Source: Antedon mediterranea (lineage: Eukaryota; Animalia; Echinodermata). Taken from it: a DNA stretch of 64,000 nt. The stretch spans positions 16,678,001 through 16,742,000 of the forward strand of contig NC_092674.1 of assembly GCF_964355755.1 (NCBI RefSeq), written 5' to 3'. This document shows, one piece after another, positions 1-12,814 of this stretch; position 1 is the first letter of the stretch; each line of letters begins with the position of its first letter. Below the pieces are notes generated by a model. The model was not told the DNA's origin and did not search any database. It was given only the letters and a program-made list of their open reading frames with translations. The translations under genes were made by a program, and so were the position numbers.

Positions 1-473
1 TTACGTACCCTGATTTTACGTTCCCTTGATTTTACGTACGCTTAAAATTACCGATGACGTCATCATTTTCTTACATTGAGGGCGCAATTTAACAACAACA
101 AAGCACAAAGCCATGGCTGCTGTGTGAGGAACTCATGTGCATTCCCCTACAGCAGTGACTGTTTTTATTGATAGAAATACAAGAACATTGATATTTTATT
201 TATAACACTTTCTAAATCGCACAGCCTGTATATACTGTACTTTTCTAGGCCTCACATCTTGCTAGGCCTGCTAGCCTGGCCTAGATTAGTCTAGGAAGGG
301 CCTAGCCTAGCTAAGCTAGTGACCACCTGCATACTGTAGGCAAACACGGCAGCCTTTATAGCTACGATCTCTATGTATTTGGGGTAAATTTAAGGTCAAC
401 CTGGATTTTACGAATCCTGTGTTTTACGTTCGCCTTTCGGTCCCGTACCGTACGTAAAATGGAGGTTCTACTG
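1..473. mobile_element. Right end of a pogo/Tigger-like MITE, truncated by the window edge
   Basis: Repeated TTTTACG subterminal motifs at 1-40 and 405-460; ends ...GGAGGTTCTACTG|TA (reverse complement CAGTAGAACCTCC with TA flank). Confidence 0.55.
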
Positions 474-474
474 T

Positions 475-838
475 ACTGTAGCTTCATATGCGCGGTCCGA
501 AAATAAACAAAAAGACTGAAATGGCTATTGCCACCAACAGCCAACTTTCAACCAGGTAGTTGCAAGATGATAACTCACTGTGAACCCAGAACTAACTTTA
601 CCGTCAACGCTTAAAAATCTACCAATGAAACCCAATATTTCTTTTTAAAACCCTCCAAGATATCTTCCTAAGAGAGAAATATGGAACAATATCGTAATAC
701 TGAGAACTAATGTTATCAAATCTACGTTTCGCAGTACATCTGCGATAGATGAGGTACTATAGGCGGAGATCTTTCCCGAAGTTTTTCCATTGTGCTCGCC
801 TACAGTATGTCAGAATTAAGCAAATTTAAATATAGATA
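475..838 (-). mobile_element. Interspersed repeat, possible Helitron-like 5' end (family A)
   Basis: Aligns with 37646-38021 and 3487-3629. Those copies end ...GTCAGAATTAACCATAATTTATATATAGAT, read as A|TCTATATATAAATT on the minus strand. Confidence 0.55.
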
Positions 839-1003
839 ATACAGTATACAGTATCCAAGTTAAAAAAAAATTAAATTATAGGCAAATTTTGATAAAAATC
901 TTATATATATTATATATACCTATATTATTTTAAAATTAAATTTTGTTCTTTTTTTGTCATTGTCTTGTCAATTGTAAAACAATGCTACTATTAAATACTT
1001 TAG

Positions 1004-1226
1004 ATGATGTTTACACATCTTGATGATCATTGGATTTTTATCAAGAGACTCCGGACACTAGATCCAGTATTAGCACCCTCTATTGACCAAATAAGTCGTC
1101 AAGCAGTGGAACAAGGTTGTGTTAAAGGTGAATTATGGGTTAAAATTAGTCTTGAGAATTTGAGCTTATCATCCCAACTTAAACTGCTTGTGAAGAATCA
1201 AGAACATGTTCAACTTTGTTACTATG
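1004..1226 (+). CDS. RUBCN: Rubicon exon, RUN domain (MMFTHLDDHWIFIK...WVKISLENLSLSSQLKLLVKNQEHVQLCYY)
   Basis: AG at 1002-1003 and GTAAGT at 1227 (phase 1). Resembles the RUN-domain segment of vertebrate Rubicon and joins the next exon in frame. Confidence 0.85.
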
Positions 1227-1339
1227 GTAAGTTTATACAGTGGGTCTTAATACTTTAAGTCGTTTACATTTTGAAACTATAGAAAATAAAATATTTTCCA
1301 GTGAAACTAAAAAAATTATTTGTCTTTCATCAACCTATA

Positions 1340-1924
1340 CCGTATTTTCCGGAGTATAGGTCAAGACTTTGTGGGAAAATCAGGGGGTCGACTTATACTC
1401 CGACCATGCGATTTTTGAAAAAAATCAGCCTGAAAAAATATGTTATGTCAAGGCCTAGCAAGGTCAGTGGCCTATCAAGGTCAGTGGCCTATCATCAATC
1501 ACTTACAGAAGTTTTAAATTTAATACCTACATTGTGCAAAATAATACAACTCCAACAAGTACTGGTCAATAAAATATTAATATATCACAAGGACTCATTT
1601 TGATGTTAATATTACGCTTTTAAGATAATTAAGAATAAATAGTTTTCGTTTGTGTTTTATATGCTTCTTATTCACTCGCGAAAACGTCGTAACACACACC
1701 ACAAACGAACTACGACGTCGGAATGTCCATGCAGCATGTTTGTTATTGCGCGATATTTTCAACTATACACATGCGCAGTTTGTTTGTTTGTTCGTAATTA
1801 CAATTACTGCGCATGTCTATTCATAAAATAAATTCTCCTTAGTTGAGCGCATGTACATTTACAGATAACGCGATTTACAACTACTCGCCTGTACAATTAA
1901 TAAGCCTCCTAACGGAAAACTCGC
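1340..1924. mobile_element. Partial pogo/Tc1-type MITE, same family as 8374-12144
   Basis: Starts TA|CCGTATTTTCCGGAGTATAGG. Reverse complement matches 8707-9037 plus 11875-12144, so this copy lacks the Kolobok-like insert. Confidence 0.8.
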
Positions 1925-3019
1925 ACCCTCTAGTGGGTGTACCCGAATGGTTCTTGAAAACATGACCATTGCCTCTGGAAATTAAAGCCCGGGTGACACC
2001 TATGCATATGACTGATGAGTAATGCATGTTTATTTTGTGATGTTTCATGATGGTCCATAAATTAGGTACGCCAAAAATATCGCTTCCAGGGTAATATAGC
2101 AAATTAGAGTATATTGTGGTAGGGCAAGTTATAAGGTAACGTGGGTATTCTATGTGGGACTGTTGTTGTGTGAATGCTATCAAACTAACCGGTTTCATGC
2201 TTTGCATTTCCTTCGTTGTCTTCGGTAGTAGACGTGAAACGTAGTTGATTTTTTCTTTATCTTGGGCATAGTGTAATCAGTAAAATTAAAAAATGTATGA
2301 ATAGAGAACATTGTAGGTTAATTATTATATTCGGTCTTCCGCCGAATGAGTGTGTGAGATTTGAACCTGTACTGAAAATAAGTTTGGTAAGATGCGAAAT
2401 GTATGCCAATTATGATTGATTATGTCCCCTGTCAGTAATGATGTATGGACACGTGACAGCAATCGGTGGTTATAGGAACGTGAAGGGGAAAAGTTACTCA
2501 ATAGATTTAATTATTTGTAAACAAAATGTACATTAATTCCCCTGTAATGATGTAAAAACTTTACAACAATTGGTATTAATCATAAGACCGTAAGATGCAA
2601 ATAATATAATTGTAAAGAACAGTATACGTATAATATACATATTATATTATTATATATATTATCTGAACGTTACACACAGGAGGAACCCGTTAATAGGGGT
2701 CATCAATCACTGAAACCGTCTCTAACGTGACCGTACCAAGAGACCAAAAGCATAGTTTATCAAAGTGGGTGACAGACAGTGAGTGGTGCTTTAACATTTG
2801 TATCACAATATATCATGACAACAGCATCTTGTTAATTTTGGAAGAAATGATCAAAAACAACTTTTGTAGCCTACTTATATATCGGTCGTAGTAGAAACCA
2901 TATTTAATTATAAATAGAGCAAGCAACAGAAATATTCGATAATGATAAACAGTAAAGGTGTTTCTCTGGTAGGCCTACCAGACCTCCTATAATAGTAGTA
3001 ACATTGAATCGCACCTAAA

Positions 3020-3330
3020 TTTGATTGAATGATTAATAAATAGCATAAATAATTAGTTCAATTACTAAAACAAATTGTATTTCACGTAAAGTAAAGGCCT
3101 TTATAATTGATTAGTTGAATATCTAAAACAAATAAATTGTAGTTCACGATTCAGTTGAATCACTAAAATCACATTGTAGTTCACGTAAAAGTAAAGGCCT
3201 TCAATAATAGTTAAATTACTAAAACAAATTGTAGGTTGTACGTAATTGTACGTAAAGTAAATGCCTTTTAGTTGAATATCTAAAACAAATTAATTGCAGT
3301 AGTTCACGATCAGTTGAACCACTAAAATAT
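3020..3330. repeat. Degenerate tandem repeat
   Basis: Recurring TTGAATATCTAAAACAAAT, GTAGTTCACG and GTAAAGTAAAGGCCT motifs. Confidence 0.65.
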
Positions 3331-3486
3331 TTGTATTTAATATTGAATGTCGCCACCAACGGCCATTTTGCAGGAAGTGACGTACCCGGAAGCCAGTTGA
3401 ACAACAGCGAGAGTGTGTGAAAATAACCCTGTGATATCCACAAATTTCGATAGGCAATGCTAAATTTTGTCGTTGTAAAAGACAAA

Positions 3487-3629
3487 AATGGAACAATAGC
3501 GTAGTACTGAAAACTAATGTTATCAAATCTACGTTTCGCGGTACATCTGAGATAGTACATCTGAGATTAGTACCAAAGTTTTTCCATTGTGCTCGCCTAT
3601 GTCAGAATTAACCATAATTTATATATAGA
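3487..3629 (-). mobile_element. Family A repeat end
   Basis: Homologous to 678-838 and 37868-38021. Confidence 0.65.
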
Positions 3630-3899
3630 TAGAAACGCGACCAACACAAAAGGGACAGAAAGAAAGAATAATACAAAAAAAGATTATTCCATACAATAAC
3701 AAAGAGTTATCTGCCATGGTTAAAAATACTATAGTATCATTACATATTGAGCCACATATACACTTGAATAAACCCTGAAGAAGATCTCTCCCTGTGTTTG
3801 CTCTGTCATATGCAAGAAAATGTTATTTTCCTTATAAATATACAGAAATTTGTGATACTCTGCAATAACAGTTACATTATACAGTAACAATTACACTAT

Positions 3900-4370
3900 A
3901 TATAACAAATATCAAACATCAAAACATTACAGGCACATACAATTTGTAGCAATACAGTAAAGTCATTAAATGTATGTTTAAAAAATGTTAAAACTTGCTT
4001 TAAATGTACGGTTAAAATATTAGGGTTTTTTTACATTTGATTTGAAACTATGAATGCTATTTGGCACAAATAAATTTGATGTTCTCGGTAGCAAAAGTCG
4101 GATTCCAAATCCATTAAAATTGTAGGAATCGTGTAAAGGATGGGTATGACTTTTCATTATCTTGTGAAGTTTTAAACTTAAAGCCACAGCCTTTTCATAT
4201 GTATTACTGATATTGGGGTGATTTTGGTGTTAATGAGTTGTGTAATTTTCCTTAGTCACTCAAATTCTGATGGCGAACTTCTCAGCCCTTGGTGATATTT
4301 TGTGAAGTGTTTTCCGTAGTAAAAAAAGAAAAAAAAAGAAATCTGCATATGAATGTTATTAGCAGTGGTT
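3900..4370 (-). pseudogene. Decayed 3' end of a LINE ORF2
   Basis: Minus-strand translation SHTHPLHDSY...LPRTSNLFVPNSIHSF resembles L2/Rex1-type C-termini. Confidence 0.35.
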
Positions 4371-4529
4371 TTGTTTATGCTCTTCCTTCAAGCTACTGAT
4401 GTTAATAACAGTCTTGTACTAAAACAGACATTTGTAGTATAACAACCAAAAGTTGAGGTATTCTCAACTATACTTTATTTCCTTTTTGAAAACATATGGT
4501 GTACTGCAAGCCTCACTTTATTCAATTCA

Positions 4530-6520
4530 ATTCAACTTTATATAACAACGAAGGACCAGATCAACACATGCTTGTTCTTCCCTGGGGCCATGCACAAAAA
4601 AAAAAAAATACAAATACACTTTTGAATGAAGGTGCATCCAGAGTGAGTCAAATAAAAGTTAGAAAAAAAAATGATTTAACAATAGGCCTATTTTCAGTAC
4701 AAGGAAACTTAAACTAAATTATGTACGATATAAAAAAATAACATTTTAACAAAAGTAATACTTTTGAAACAATGGCACACTTCTTGAATGAAGGTGCGTC
4801 CATAATACAGTAAAATAAAATAAAAGTTAAAGAAAAAAAATGATATAACAATAGGCCTATTTACAATACAAGGAAACTTGAAATAGATTGTGTACAAGAT
4901 ATAAAAAAAAAATAAATATTAAAAGTAATACAGGATTTAAAAAGCAAAGAACTAATCATTTTCATTGTTGATTTCTCTTCTCTTTTTCCATGCCCGTTTG
5001 GTGAAACCTTTACAAAATCTATCGAATACAACTTCAATATTTATAGGAAGATCAAGTAGGTGAACCAAGAACATGCATTAATTTTTGGTATATTGTTCCA
5101 ATAATAAATTGGTTCCAAACGTTAATTGCATTTGATAGATTTTGCCTCGAGTATTACCAATTCCTCCAGTCTAATATTCTGGAGCGCAGGACAGTGGATT
5201 TAGAGTTACATAGGGTACATAGACCGTCATTATTGCTTTTATCTGACCAGCTTGAGGTACGTCTGTTTAATGGTAACGTATTAGATCGCAATTACAATTT
5301 TATGCTTGCGCTTTCGAAGTCTAATGGTTCAAGTCAATATTTTTCTAGGCAGGGGGTTTCTTTAATAATTTGATAGTCTAAAAGAGAAGATTTTAATGCA
5401 AGATAACTCCTCCAATCAATACAAGCACGTTCTTTAATCTTAGACAACATAAAGCTGGTCAGATCTACGGTGGGGTTATCTATCGTGTTACATGTCTCTT
5501 CAAACAAATTATCTAATCCACATTTAGAAAAAGTAGTATGTAAACAAGTTAAAAATTTAAAACGAACATCATTCTGATTACAATTAAGTTGAAGCAGAGC
5601 ATTAAGCAAAACCTTTGGCCAACGATGTGATTCCATGTGTACAATTCGATTAAAATATTTTATATGCAAGCTATAGTGTGTGACATTTAGTGGGAACCAA
5701 CCCAGTTCACCATATAAGGTTGCATGCGGCGTGTTTCTAGATGCCTTAAGAATATATCTAGCCATTTGCAATTGTAATTTTTCTATTTTATCAATATCAA
5801 CTTTATTGATCCGTAATTAATTACAGGTAGACCGATTGTCCTCTATAATATATCTGCAAAAAATACCCTGTTAAAATTATTGCAATTGTCAATTAACAAT
5901 TTGATATAAGCTATAAGCCTATTGCATTTTGTAATTACATTTTGGAACTGCACATTGTCATTTAGTTTCTTATGGACACCAAGGTATTTGTAAGTCTCTG
6001 CGTCAACAATAAATCTCTCCCCTAGCTTCCATTGTTTATGGCTGTCAATTCTTTTTCCAAAAACCAGAACATTGGATTTATCAAAGTTAAAATTTACTTC
6101 CATTTTTTTGCAAATAATGCTGCAAGATCAAGCATTTTTGACAATTCATGTTTGCTATTGGCAACTAATACAACATCATCTGCCCAGAATAACCCACTTA
6201 TCAAAGTGTTATTTATTTTGATACCAATATTGTTTGATACTAGCATTTTTCTAAATTCATTTATGGAAATGTTAAATTGGATTGGAGAAAGTACACAGCC
6301 TGCTTTACACCCTGTTGAATTTTGAAGAATTCTGTGTCGATATCTCCAAATCTTACAGAACCTTTAACATCTTCATAAAGTTTATCGATCAATCGCCAAA
6401 TTTTGCCCCTAATACCTGATGACCAAACGGCTTTAAGTAAGCCGTTTCGCCAAACACTGTCGAATGCTTTATGAAAGTCCAGGAAGGCCATAAAGGTGTA
6501 TTTATTTTCTTTAAGTCTGC
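4530..6520 (-). mobile_element. 5'-truncated, frameshifted non-LTR retrotransposon (RT)
   Basis: ORF fragments with AFLDFHKAFDSVWR, GVKQ, LFWADDVVL, YKYLGV and LYGELGWFPL motifs; internally duplicated 3' region at about 4610-4930. Confidence 0.85.
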
Positions 6521-6529
6521 AATAGAAAA

Positions 6530-6830
6530 GCTAATTTTGAATAACCTGTAAACGTTAAGTGTGGCACAACTATACTGTTATAGACATTTACAAGAGTGTG
6601 TTTTAGGATAAATGGTTTGGCTTTTTTTAACATGTATATGCCAGCTTTTTTTACAAACATTTTCTATTTGTTTATCCCAAATTAAATGTTTATCAACATA
6701 TACACCAAGATAATTATTTACAATTGTCTATCCTAGATAAGCTATTATTTACAGTGTTCCAATTAGCATAAATTCTGACTTTTTTTTTACTAAGTTTGTT
6801 GCTCAAGCCAATTGTTTATGTATTAGTGTT
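6530..6830 (-). pseudogene. LINE RT fragment (CR1/L2-like)
   Basis: Minus-strand translation YLGVYVDKHLIWDKQIE. Confidence 0.55.
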
Positions 6831-7499
6831 TAATATTCGCCTTTAAACAATAATGTGTTTACCTATTACCAATTTTAACATCATAGGATGATGGCATACA
6901 TTAACATTTTGCGCTCATATTTAAAAAAATGAAATTTCATTAAAATTATCTTTTATCACAATGTTCACCTATAATTGGGAAAATTATAAACCAGCCCTCC
7001 AGTTAATGGTATGTTGGTTTTTAGCGTCATATATATATATTGAAATATTCAATCTGGTCCATCACAATAACGTGTTGCCCTTTCTCAGTTGATTAGAACA
7101 AAACACAACCAGCTTGATGATAGGCAGACCGTTTAACTGGGTAAGAGTGAAATATGCTTTAGTTGGTACAGTAGTTTTTTTTTTCTCAAGACAAATTCTA
7201 TTTTCTTTATGTTTTCATTCACTATACAGTTTACAATTTTTAACAGTTTGTCGAGTATACACAAATGTCTATATATTTTAAACTACTACTGTACATTCAT
7301 TTAAAACGCAAATCCTTGTTTGTTTTGTAAATAATATTATAATTACTATCTAAAAAAAAAAATACACTGTACATATTTTTTTTAATTGTTATTTTATTAT
7401 TTATTTATTTGTAAATAATTAGCTTGTCCATGTTTTGGTCTTCTCCCCTCATCATTTTTACTGTTAAACATGCACTATAATATTTTGTAAACCAATTTT

Positions 7500-8106
7500 T
7501 TAATTATTTTTTTTAAGTAATCTGCGGGGTCTCTATCACTCAAACCTCCTGGTTTTCTGAGACACCATTTCATCATTTCATCATTTTCACCATTTAAATA
7601 TCAAATTCATTAATAAATGTAAATCAGCTAAAAATTATAATTTCAAAGAAGTTTTCTGCAACAAAATACTACATTAATACTAAGCAAACAATTAAATTTT
7701 TTTTTTTGATTTACAAAAGAAGAATGGGTTTACGAATTACTTTCTGAAATCAAATGCATAGGAATGGGTTTACTAATTACTTTATCATATTATATAATTT
7801 TCTAATAGACGTTTTTTTGTACAGTTTTCTAACTACATGAACATTTGTGGAGTTTTTAAGTTCAACGGAGAGTTTATTCCATATTAAAATTCCTTTATTT
7901 GATAAACACATTTTTTTTAACATAGTTTTCCTTAAATTGGTATTAAAATGTTCATGCTGTCTGGTATTATTGTTATGGATATCTTTATTTTGTTTAAAAT
8001 ACAGTTGGATTATAGGAGGAAGTTGTTGTCCATGGGCTTTGTACATTATTATGGCAGTATTTAATTCAATTACATCAAATATATTTAATGTTTTAAATGT
8101 ATACAA
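7500..8106 (-). mobile_element. 3' fragment of a CR1/L2-like LINE
   Basis: ORF 7777-8106 (LNIFDVIELNTAIIMYK...HNNNTRQ...GILIWNKLSVELKNS) is a typical LINE ORF2 C-terminus. Confidence 0.75.
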
Positions 8107-8373
8107 GTATCGCTTAGGTTTTTGCGCAGTAATTTTTTGAAAAACGCAAATGGCCTAATTCATGCACTAAATTGATCAAAACGGAATTTTAAGCATTTTT
8201 AATGACCCTACGTACGTGTACGTTTTTATTTTCTAAAATTTTTACCCATGACCTGAAGTTTATGTATAGTGAATTTGATTGATATGTGATGACTAGAGAT
8301 ATGACTGATAATGTGATTTCACAAAATGGCGTATAAATGATGTCACAGATGAGTGATCACACTGAAAAGCTTA

Positions 8374-11300
8374 CCGTATTTTCCGGAGTATAGGTTGACC
8401 CGAAGTATAAGTCGACCCCCAACTTTGACCTAGAATATCGTTGATTTTGGTATGACCTGAATATAAGTCGACCCCCAAAATCGGCTAATAACACAACTTA
8501 CTTTAAAGTTCAAAGAAGGCTAGAAATGTATGAAATGTGGTTGGTTGTTTATACAATTATTAAAGTGTAGGCCTAATCAATATCGGACGGACGTAATCAC
8601 AACGGCTTTGCCGCCGTCTTCGCCAGCCTATAATAAATGACAGCGATGTAGCGTTACAGTACTTGCCATCAGCGATGATTTTTCGCGTCACTCGAATAAA
8701 TTAAAACGAGTTTTTCGTTAGGAGGCTTATTAAATTGTACAGGCGAGTAGTTGTAAATCGCGTTATCTGTAAATGTACACGCGCCGGACTGAGGAGAATT
8801 TATTTATGAATAGACATGCGCAGTAATTGTAATTACGAACAAACAAACAAACTGCGCATGTGTATAGATGAAAATATCGCGCAATAACAAACATGCTGCA
8901 TGGACATTCCAACATCGTGTAGTTTGTTTGTGGTGTGTGTTACGTTGTTTTCGCGAGTGAATACGAAGCATATGAAACACAAACGAAAACTATTTATTCT
9001 TAATTATTTTAATAAAAGCGTAATATAAACATCAACATTAAAGTTGTATTGTCCCCCAAAACATGAAAAATAAAGATGAAAAAAATCAAATTTTGAATAG
9101 ACCATTTTGTAGTTATAATAAAGTTATTCACTTTCGCCGAAAAAAAATCCGAAAAAAATATTGATTTCGCTTATAAAAAATCAAAATAAGTTTACCATTT
9201 TTTCGAACTCATAAGTTCAGAAATTCCAAAATAACGATGGTTAGCTAACAGCTCATAAATATGCATGATATGTTAATGAGTATCCAAACAGGGGAGATCC
9301 GATCTGTTCACCACGTAAACAAACATGTCCGAAGAACAGAAGAAAGTGCTGGGGTTTCCCTGATCGTATGATGTAAAAAGCTCTGCCGTTAATTTGCTGG
9401 TAAGTAGAATTCTATTTTAGATGAATGACACATCCTCCTATAATAGTTTTTGGCGTATAGTTATAGGCTTAGCTATCTAGGCTAGGGCTATAATATAAGC
9501 CTACTTCTACTATCTAGTAGGGCCTAGGCCTAGTTGGTACTGTAGTTTACTACTGTGTAGTGTAGTGTAGCAGCAGATGTAGGCAGGCAGATAATCGGGT
9601 CAGAAAAGTAGACGGGAACCCACTTTGAGGCCTAGCTAGGTCCTATATGTCGTACTCACCTAGCTAAGCCATCACTCCACAACTAGCTACAGGAAATAGG
9701 CCTACTATGTTGATGTACCACTGATATACATTTGGAGCTCGAATTAATTTTAAAGTCTAAAAAAGACTAACTGATGACAAAAAACGAACATTTGGAAAAT
9801 GATCAGCATACAGTACCAAAGAAGTTGACGGTAGAATAGATTGTTGTTGATAGCAACCAAAACGAAAACACTAGTAATTAGACTAGGCCTTTTTTAGGGA
9901 GGAGATGCACTTTTCAGGGATTCCTTACTGTACATTAGTACCCCAAATTGAAAACTTCAGATTCATGTACAGAAATAATAATTATATGTATCATGTATGC
10001 AATAAATTGTGAAATATTTAACTTTTCTATTTGACTTTTGTATTTATACATCATTGTTTTTCAATTTATAGACTTAAGCTAATGAAGAATGGAACAGAAG
10101 TTACACCCATACAGCATTTTAAAGGCAACTGGCAGTAGACTCGGTAGTGGAACACAAGATAAATATTGGATGACTATCATAAAGCATTAGGCAAATGTGT
10201 TGGTTGTTTTCCAGCTTTTAAAATGTTGTATAGTTTTCATAATTAGAGCAATAACATTTGTATACAGCATTAAATAAATAAAAATACTACTACACATGAG
10301 ATAAAATCACCATAATTTTAATGTGTGAAGATTTACAGTACAGTACAGTAAAAAATGAGTTAATTACTAGTATATTTCATTGAATTTCTGCATTATTGTT
10401 GACAATTTATTTTCAACTATTAATTGATGTGTTGATTGTGGCATTACAGCAATAGCTTGTCTTCTGTGATTGTTCATCCATTTTAAAGTGTCATAGTAAG
10501 AAACGTTCAAATAAATATTGTGAATGTTGCTACCACATTTTGTGTTGATTTCTTCACCATTTTCCACTACTTGCTCATATTGTTCATTCAAGTGTGTTAA
10601 TACCTATTAAAAGAAAGACATTATTTATTAAAATATGTACATAAAAAGTTTAATTGTGTGAATGTTGGTTTGAACGTTATTGCTTTGGAAGAATTTTCAA
10701 CATAACGGTACTAAGTACTGTAAAGTACACATTCCAAAAAATATTCAACTTAGATTATTTGGTCATTTTCTCTAAAATAATTACATTATTGGATGTACAG
10801 TATAGGCCTAGTTACAATTTTCACAAATTTATATTAGCATTAAAATCTAATTAATCATGAAGGAAAAACCAAGCACCATAATCTCTCCTGGCCCTGGTGG
10901 TGACCTTATTTTCTATTTTTGGCAGCCATTCACAAGTTATCGCTTTTTGAGTTTCGCTGCTCTTATGTATAATTTTTTTTAATCACAAACTCTACATAGA
11001 AAAGAAAATTAAATGTTTTAAAATGAATGAAAAGTGATATGAATAATGATAAATTAAAGACTATTATTAATATTATAGTATTATACTAAAAATAAGACGA
11101 GTTGGTGGTGTCGAAATTCACACAAGTCACAATAAAACCATGGAGGTATAAAATATTTTATTTTTATACCTCCATGCTAAAACCTTATTCCTTACTCCAT
11201 GCTCACAGATGAATGTTATAATCCTATTTAAAGCTAGGTTGGCAATAACTATTAATAAGGCTTACAGGTTGTATCTATTAGTATTAGCTAGGCCTGCTAC

Positions 11301-12144
11301 TCACTCAGGGTGAACCCTCACTCAGGCCTACAACTAGGCCTAGTACTACTACCACTACTAGACTAGCTACTACTCTAGGCCTAGCCAATAGATAGGGGAT
11401 AGTACACTAGATAGCCAGTACAGCTGTAATGGGCTAGCTAGGCTTCCTATACTTTAACTAACAAAGCTGCACCATAGAAACTACAGTTCTTACTTACCAA
11501 TCTGCTAGGGCCTAGCCATAGTCTTTTCTTCAAGTAGGAGTTGTTTTTTGTTGTTGTTAAACTACAGAACTTTCCCACATCACGTCGTATTTTTTTTCTG
11601 ATGACCTAGAGGTCACATACACGCACAAGAATCATACAATATGCATAATTCATAAGCTAATTCAGGTCAAGGGTTAAATTAAACAGGAAGCCAGCTGGCT
11701 GCCAGCCAGCCAACCGACTTCCAGTTGACTATTTTTTACTTTAAATTACGATTTTCTAAGGTAAATAATTTTTTTTTTGATCCAATTTTTTTTCAAAGTG
11801 AATAACTTTTATGTATCATTAAAATGGCCTTTAAAAAAAAAAAAATTTTGTTCAGGGGGACAATACATCTTTAATCTGTGTTATATATTAATAGTACTTG
11901 TACCACCAGTACTTGTTGGAGTTGTATTATTTTGTACAATGTAGGTATTATTAAATTGAAAACTCCTGTGAGTGATTGATGATAGGCCACTGACCTTGCT
12001 AGGCCTTGACAGCTGACGGCTTTTGAACAAATTTTTTCGGCTTGATTTTTTTCAAAAATCGCATGGTCGGAGTATAAGTCGACCCCCCGATTTTGCAATT
12101 AAAATTTTCCCACAAAGTCTCAACCTATACTCCGGAAAATATGG
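8374..12144. mobile_element. pogo/Tc1-type MITE with TA TSD
   Basis: TIRs CCGTATTTTCCGGAGTATAGGTTGA and TCAACCTATACTCCGGAAAATATGG with TA on both sides; internal TATAAGTCGACCCC repeats. Confidence 0.85.
9042..11870. mobile_element. Kolobok-like non-autonomous DNA transposon
   Basis: TTAA at 9038-9041 and 11871-11874; TIRs AGTTGTATTGTCCCCC and GGGGGACAATACATCT. The paralogous MITE lacks this insert (site near 1590). Confidence 0.75.
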
Positions 12145-12814
12145 TATTATGGCTAAGTTTTGTTAATATGACAAAAATATTGTGAAAATTTAAAAACCAT
12201 TGAGATTGAAGTTTTTTAGATGATCGGAACATAAAATCTCTACAGAAATAAATAAATAAAAAGAAAAATATTACAGATTTATACAATAACAATAGGTGAT
12301 CATTTTATTCTAAATGATCACCTAATTAAAGATTTATACAATAACAATTGGTGATCATTTTATTCTAAATGATTCTAAAAGTTAGGCGGGGATGGATGTG
12401 TCCGGGTGGCATGCATTGGTGTACAGACATGGGCGGATGAGTTGAGAATTCTTACCTTCTATCCGGGTTGGGATTTACGTTCGTAATAAATCAGTATGTG
12501 CATGGTCTGACCTGCTCTTTAATTGTTATTGTATATTGCACGCTCAAGCGCCAATGACCTGCTGCCCGTGGCGCTCTTTAATTGTTATTGTATTTTGCAT
12601 GCTCGATCGATCTTTGGAACGGCCGAAAATTACCAATCTCAGGGTTTGGAAGTTGCAAAGAAATTGGTCTAAAAAAACACCTTTTTCGTACAAATTTTCC
12701 GTTCTAATATAGACTAATGCATAAAGGTGGCCCAGCCTGAACGGCGTTAATATCGGATTTGTGGTTTAAGAGGAGATAGAGAAACAAATTTTGGCTTAGT
12801 GCTATTATATTACA

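Larger units (their letters stand above)
8108..12328 (-). mobile_element. 5' part of a HINE (family 1b), interrupted by the MITE at 8374-12144
   Basis: 8108-8373 plus 12145-12200 rejoin to match 21020-21370 in reverse complement. Palindromic end TAGGTGATCATTT-tattct-AAATGATCACCTA at 12293-12324. Confidence 0.7.

Noticed and set aside
1004-1009. ATGATG as the gene start
   Set aside because: It follows an AG acceptor and the sequence begins mid-RUN domain, so earlier exons lie outside the window.
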